Shown one piece after another: positions 28,032 through 32,000 of a stretch of 32,000 nt of DNA; within the stretch, counting starts at the first letter, position 1; every line of letters starts with the position of its first letter. Below the pieces are notes generated by a model, which made no database searches, was not told the origin of the DNA, and was given only the letters and a program-made list of their open reading frames with translations. The stretch lies in NCBI RefSeq assembly GCF_033370915.1, contig NZ_CP104096.1, forward strand, positions 1 to 32,000, given 5' to 3'. The DNA comes from Candidatus Saccharimonadota bacterium (GTDB lineage: Bacteria; Bacteroidota; Bacteroidia; Flavobacteriales; Blattabacteriaceae). The translations under genes and the position numbers were made by a program.

Positions 28032-28805
28032 ATGGGGCAAAAATCAAATCCAATATCTAATAGATTAGGAATAATTTATGGATGGAAATCAATATGGATA
28101 AAAAATTATTATTTAAATGTTAATGAAGATAATATGATAAGAAATTATATAAATAATAGATATAAATATTGTATATCTACAATAATAATTGAAAAAATTA
28201 AAAATAGAGTAATAATTACTATATGTACGTCTAAACCTGCTATAGTAATAGGGAAAAAAGGAAAAGAAGTAGAAAAGTTAAAAAAAATTATAAATAATAT
28301 TATAATAAATAATAAAAAAGAATATTTATATTATAAAAAAATAGAAAATAATAGTTATGATATTTATATAAATGTAGTAGATGTAAAAAATCCAGAAATA
28401 GATTCAATATTAGTATCTAAAAATATATGTAGACAATTAGAAAGTAGAATATATTATAAAAAATCTATTAAATATGCTATAAAATCAGCAATGATAAAAA
28501 AAATAAATGGAATAAAAATAAAAATTTCTGGTAGATTAAATGGAGCAGAAATAGCAAGAACTGAAGTATATAAAGAAGGTAGTATAAAATCATCAACATT
28601 AAGATCAAATATTGATTATTCATTATCAGAAGCAAATACTAAATATGGAAAAATAGGAGTAAAAGTATGGATAATGAAAGGGGAAATATATGAAATGAAA
28701 AAATATTTTACTAATTTTAATAATAGTTTTAATAAAAGTATTAATAAAAAAAAAAGTATTAATAAAAATGGCAAAAAAAAAATATTTAAAACAACAAAAA
28801 GGTAG
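28032..28805 (+). CDS. rpsC: 30S ribosomal protein S3 (with K/N-rich C-terminal tail)
   Basis: 257 aa. [66 protein letters not shown]. Confidence 0.94.
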   Translation: MGQKSNPISNRLGIIYGWKSIWIKNYYLNVNEDNMIRNYINNRYKYCISTIIIEKIKNRVIITICTSKPAIVIGKKGKEVEKLKKIINNIIINNKKEYLYYKKIENNSYDIYINVVDVKNPEIDSILVSKNICRQLESRIYYKKSIKYAIKSAMIKKINGIKIKISGRLNGAEIARTEVYKEGSIKSSTLRSNIDYSLSEANTKYGKIGVKVWIMKGEIYEMKKYFTNFNNSFNKSINKKKSINKNGKKKIFKTTKR

Positions 28806-29184
28806 AATTAAAGGTTTTGCTAAAAGAGGATATAAATTACATTTTGGTAAGTATGGTATTCAATCAATTGATAAACAAAAATATATTACTGAAAAACAAA
28901 TAGAAGCAGCTAGAGTAGCAGCTACTAGATATATGAAAAGAGAAGGAAAATTATATATAAATATTTTTACTTATAAACCTATTACAAAAAAACCACAAGA
29001 AGTAAGAATGGGAAAAGGAAAAGGAAATGTAGAATATAATGTAGCAGTAGTAAAACCAGGAAGAATATTATTTGAAATTAATGGAGTATCAGAAAATATA
29101 GCAAAAGAAGCATTAAGATTATGTGCACAAAAATTACCAGTAAAAACAAAATATATTATTTATGATGATTATTTTAAATATTAA
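28768..29184 (+). CDS. rplP: 50S ribosomal protein L16
   Basis: 138 aa. [56 protein letters not shown]. The 5' end overlaps the rpsC tail by 38 nt. Confidence 0.93.
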   Translation: MAKKKYLKQQKGRIKGFAKRGYKLHFGKYGIQSIDKQKYITEKQIEAARVAATRYMKREGKLYINIFTYKPITKKPQEVRMGKGKGNVEYNVAVVKPGRILFEINGVSENIAKEALRLCAQKLPVKTKYIIYDDYFKY

Positions 29185-29189
29185 TTAAT

Positions 29190-29429
29190 ATGAAAATAAA
29201 AGAAGGTATTATAATAAGTGATAAAATGAATAAAACTAGAATAGTTTTAAATAAAATAATAATAAAACATAAAAAATATAGAAAAACAATATTAAAAAAA
29301 AAAAAATATTATGTACATGATGAAAAAAATATTACTAAAAAAGGAGATCTTGTAAAAATTATTGAAACAAGACCATTAAGTAAAAAAAAACGTTGGATAA
29401 TAAAAAAAATAATAAATAAAAAAAAATAA
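29190..29429 (+). CDS. rpsQ: 30S ribosomal protein S17
   Basis: 79 aa. GIIISDKMNKTRIV, HKKYRKTILKKKKYYVHDE, GDLVKIIETRPLSKKKRW. Confidence 0.92.
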   Translation: MKIKEGIIISDKMNKTRIVLNKIIIKHKKYRKTILKKKKYYVHDEKNITKKGDLVKIIETRPLSKKKRWIIKKIINKKK

Positions 29430-29432
29430 AAT

Positions 29433-29795
29433 ATGTTACAACAAGAATCAAAATTAAAAGTAACTGATAATAGTGGAGCTAAAGAAGCATTAATTATAAG
29501 AATATTAGGAAATAAAAAATATGCTAGTATTGGGGATATTATAGTAGTAACTATAAAAAAAGTATTGTTAAAAAGTACTATAAAAAAAGGAGAAATATAT
29601 AAAGCAATAATAGTAAGAGTAAAAAATAAAATAAAAAGAAAAGATGGAACATATATATTATTTGATGATAATGCATGTATATTATTAAATGAAAATAAAG
29701 AAATAAAAGGGACAAGAATATTTGGTCCAGTATCAAGGGAGTTAAGGGAAAAAGGATATATGAAAATAATATCATTATCAAATTATGTTATTTAA
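29433..29795 (+). CDS. rplN: 50S ribosomal protein L14
   Basis: 120 aa. MLQQESKLKVTDNSGAKEA, RKDGTYILFDDNACILLN, GTRIFGPVSRELREKGYMKIISLS. Confidence 0.96.
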   Translation: MLQQESKLKVTDNSGAKEALIIRILGNKKYASIGDIIVVTIKKVLLKSTIKKGEIYKAIIVRVKNKIKRKDGTYILFDDNACILLNENKEIKGTRIFGPVSRELREKGYMKIISLSNYVI

Positions 29796-29800
29796 TAAAA

Positions 29801-30049
29801 ATGAATAAAATTAAAATAGGAGATAAAGTAATAATAATATCAGGTAAAGAAAAAGGAAAAAGAGGGAAAATAATGAGAATAATAAAAAATAAAGTTTATG
29901 TAAAGGGGATAGTAAAAAAAATTATAGATATATCTAATATATCTATAGAAGATCCTAAATTAAAATGTAGAACAAAAATAAAAATAAAAAAATTAAAAAA
30001 TGGAAAAAAAATTAGAATATGTAAAAAATCTAATACTATATTAGATTAA
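29801..30049 (+). CDS. rplX: 50S ribosomal protein L24 (shortened, internal deletion)
   Basis: 82 aa. KOW motif IKIGDKVIIISGKEKGKRGKI. Position is between rplN and rplE. About 20 aa shorter than typical L24. Confidence 0.82.
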   Translation: MNKIKIGDKVIIISGKEKGKRGKIMRIIKNKVYVKGIVKKIIDISNISIEDPKLKCRTKIKIKKLKNGKKIRICKKSNTILD

Positions 30050-30062
30050 ATTATAAAATAAA

Positions 30063-30629
30063 ATGTATATACCAAGATTAAAATTATTATATGAAAAAAA
30101 AATTATAAATATTTTAAAAAAAAAATTAAAATATAAAAATATAATGCAAGTACCTAAATTAAATAAAATTGTAATTAATATAGGAGTAGGTATAAAAAAA
30201 AATATATTAGATACTATGGAAGATTTATCATTATTAACAGGTCAAAAAGCGACTTATAGATTATCTAAAAAAGATATATCAGGATTAAATTTAAGAAAAG
30301 GTACAAAAATAGGTTGTATGGTTACATTAAGAAGAAATATAATGTATGAATTTTTAGAAAGATTAATATCAGTAGCATTACCTAGATCAAAAGATTTTAA
30401 TGGAATAAAAGAAAATAGTTTTGATGGAAAAGGAAATTATAATTTAGGTATAAAAGAACATATAATTTTTCCAGAAATTAATTTTGAGAAAGTAAAAAGA
30501 ATTTATGGAATGAATATAAGTTTTGTAACAAGTACAAAATTTGATAAAGAAGCTAAATATTTATTAATTTATTTAGGGTTACCTTTTAAAAATAAAAATA
30601 TATATGGCAAAAGAATCATTAAAATCTAG
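30063..30629 (+). CDS. rplE: 50S ribosomal protein L5
   Basis: 188 aa. [72 protein letters not shown]. Confidence 0.95.
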   Translation: MYIPRLKLLYEKKIINILKKKLKYKNIMQVPKLNKIVINIGVGIKKNILDTMEDLSLLTGQKATYRLSKKDISGLNLRKGTKIGCMVTLRRNIMYEFLERLISVALPRSKDFNGIKENSFDGKGNYNLGIKEHIIFPEINFEKVKRIYGMNISFVTSTKFDKEAKYLLIYLGLPFKNKNIYGKRIIKI

Positions 30630-30873
30630 ACAAAAAAAAAAAAACAAATTATTTATTAAATATTATAAAAAAAATAAATATTTAAAAAATAATAAAAAAT
30701 TTTTAGAATTACAAAAAATTCCTAGAAATGCTTCAATTGTAAGACAAAAAAATATATGTAAAATAACAGGAAGAACAAGAGGTTATATAAGATTTTTTGG
30801 AATATCACGTATAGAATTTAGAAGATTATCATCAAATGGTTTAATACCAGGAATAAAAAAATCAAGTTGGTAA
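30604..30873 (+). CDS. rpsN: 30S ribosomal protein S14 (long, non-zinc type)
   Basis: 89 aa. [12 protein letters not shown]..., [38 protein letters not shown]. Confidence 0.93.
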   Translation: MAKESLKSRQKKKNKLFIKYYKKNKYLKNNKKFLELQKIPRNASIVRQKNICKITGRTRGYIRFFGISRIEFRRLSSNGLIPGIKKSSW

Positions 30874-31259
30874 TGGATACTATTGGAAATTATTTAACAT
30901 TAATAAGAAATGCATGTAATGTTAAAAAAAGTTATGTAAAAGTTAATTATTCAAAAATAAATAAAAATATAACTAAAGTATTATATAAAAATAATTATAT
31001 AAAAAAATATAAAATATATAAAATTAATAAAATAAATAAAATAAAAATATATTTAAAATATATAAATAATAATTCAGTAATAATAAAAATAAAAAGAATA
31101 AGTAAACCAAGTTTAAGAAAATATTTAAAATATAAAAATATTTATAAAGTTTTAAATGGATATGGAATTTCTATTATATCAACTTCTATGGGAGTAATGA
31201 CTGGAAAAGAAGCAAAATTAAAAAAAATAGGTGGAGAAATATTATGTATAATTTATTAA
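30873..31259 (+). CDS. rpsH: 30S ribosomal protein S8
   Basis: [14 protein letters not shown]..., GYGISIISTSMGVMTGKEAKLKKIGGEILCIIY. I prefer the ATG at 30873 (TAATG overlap with the rpsN stop) over the TTG at 30867 used by the ORF track. Confidence 0.92.
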   Translation: MDTIGNYLTLIRNACNVKKSYVKVNYSKINKNITKVLYKNNYIKKYKIYKINKINKIKIYLKYINNNSVIIKIKRISKPSLRKYLKYKNIYKVLNGYGISIISTSMGVMTGKEAKLKKIGGEILCIIY

Positions 31260-31266
31260 TAATAAT

Positions 31267-31818
31267 ATGTCAAGAATAGGAAAAAAATATATAATAATTC
31301 CTAAAAATGTAAATATATATAAAAAAGATAAATATATATATGTAAAAGGTAAATTAGGAAATTTAAAACAAAAAATTAATAAAAATATAATTATAAAAAT
31401 ATTAGATGATAAAATAAAATTAATAAATAAAAAAAATAATGAAAAAAAATATAAAAGTTTACATGGACTTTATAGAATGTTAATATATAATATGATAAAA
31501 GGTGTAAATGAAGGTTATAATAAAAAATTAGAATTAGTAGGAGTAGGATATAAGGCTATTGGAAAAGGTAAAATTTTAAATTTAAACGTAGGATATTCAC
31601 ATAAAATAGTAATGAAATTTTGTAAAGAAATTAATATAACAACAGAAAATGTAAAAGGAGAAAATACAATTATAAATATTTTTTGTATTAATAAACAATT
31701 ATTAGGAATAGTAGCATCAAAAATAAGATCTTTAAAAAAACCTGAACCATATAAAGGAAAAGGTATAAGATATATAAATGAAAAAATAATAATTAAAAAG
31801 TATAGGTTGTTCATGTGA
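31267..31818 (+). CDS. rplF: 50S ribosomal protein L6. The last 5 codons and the stop are derived from junction sequence.
   Basis: 183 aa. MSRIGKKYIIIP, LELVGVGYKA, GYSHKIV, KPEPYKGKGIRYINEKIIIKK. After that point the sequence is no longer L6-like (YRLFM-TGA). Confidence 0.92.
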   Translation: MSRIGKKYIIIPKNVNIYKKDKYIYVKGKLGNLKQKINKNIIIKILDDKIKLINKKNNEKKYKSLHGLYRMLIYNMIKGVNEGYNKKLELVGVGYKAIGKGKILNLNVGYSHKIVMKFCKEINITTENVKGENTIINIFCINKQLLGIVASKIRSLKKPEPYKGKGIRYINEKIIIKKYRLFM

Positions 31819-32000
31819 TTGGAATAGAAAACAATTTACTATGGATAAAAATAATTATAAATCTGTAATTAAAGTATTTATAAAATTATATGAAAAAGGA
31901 ATAATATATAAAAAAAATAAATTAGTAAATTGGGATACTTATGCAAAAACTACAATTTCTGATGAAGAAATAATATATAAAAAAATAAAAAAAAATTTAT
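31793..32000 (+). CDS. valS: Valyl-tRNA synthetase, internal segment only. It is 5'-truncated at the rplF junction and runs off the window.
   Basis: Frame +2 reads LKSIGCSCDWNRKQFTMDKNNYKSVIKVFIKLYEKGIIYKKNKLVNWDTYAKTTISDEEIIYKK. This matches the ValRS block RRLG.S.DW.RERFTMD...LYe.GLIYrg.r.VNWdP...TA.SD.EV. Two in-frame TAA codons lie at 31787-31792. There is no HIGH region and no start codon upstream. Confidence 0.8.

Noticed and set aside
19972-31814. Minus-strand ORFs 19972..20178, 24807..25022, 29578..29781 and 31515..31814, antisense to sufS, fusA, rplN and rplF
   Set aside because: Shadow ORFs of AT-rich coding regions. Their translations are F/L/I/Y strings without family resemblance.
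1-32000. Search for CRISPR arrays, IS/transposase or integrase genes, prophage, toxin-antitoxin or defence genes, rRNA or other structured ncRNA
   Set aside because: Every ORF longer than 60 aa is accounted for by housekeeping genes or their antisense shadows. The only GC-rich islands outside conserved protein motifs are the five tRNAs. No spaced repeat arrays were seen.

Overview
This window is a very gene-dense, extremely AT-rich slice of a tiny, reduced bacterial genome. By eye G+C is roughly 12-18%, and near 0-5% in spacers (not computed). It holds 36 intact-looking housekeeping CDS, one 5'-truncated valS fragment and 5 tRNAs.

Layout:
- Minus strand (1-8082): rpoB, rplL, rplJ, rplA, rplK, nusG, tRNA-Trp, tuf, tRNA-Gly, tRNA-Tyr, tRNA-Thr.
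- Plus strand (8130 onward), except ruvC, which is on the minus strand: leuS, ruvC, lon, metG, rsmA, sufBCDS, a DUF4290-like ORF, tRNA-Val, map. These are followed by the str/S10/spc ribosomal block, rpsL-rpsG-fusA-rpsJ-rplCDWB-rplV-rpsC-rplP-rpsQ-rplNXE-rpsN-rpsH-rplF.

Likely source (inference only): a Bacteroidota (Flavobacteriales-derived) obligate insect endosymbiont. Supporting points are the tRNA-Thr/Tyr/Gly-tuf-tRNA-Trp-nusG-rplKAJL-rpoB arrangement, fusA running directly into rpsJ with no tuf, the EF-Tu, L22 and ValRS sequence flavour, the DUF4290-like ORF, and no visible Shine-Dalgarno motifs. The genetic code looks standard: tRNA-Trp has anticodon CCA, and TGA acts as a stop in ATGA overlaps.

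I find no mobile elements, CRISPR, defence loci, toxin-antitoxin pairs or any other accessory system, and I do not think a novel multi-gene system is hidden here.

What deserves a second look are oddities of reductive evolution:
- an abrupt rplF/valS junction at about 31.8 kb, which is either a rearrangement or an assembly chimera;
- a 132-codon stop-free low-complexity C-terminal tail on rpoB;
- rpsS, rpmC and secE missing from their canonical slots;
- a LeuRS whose CP1 editing motifs appear erased;
- a retained domain-of-unknown-function gene;
- an Asp-to-Glu change at a MetAP metal ligand;
- a Thr/Asn-repeat hinge in L7/L12;
- many slippage-prone poly(A) runs inside essential genes.

All family assignments come from motif recognition by eye, not from searches.
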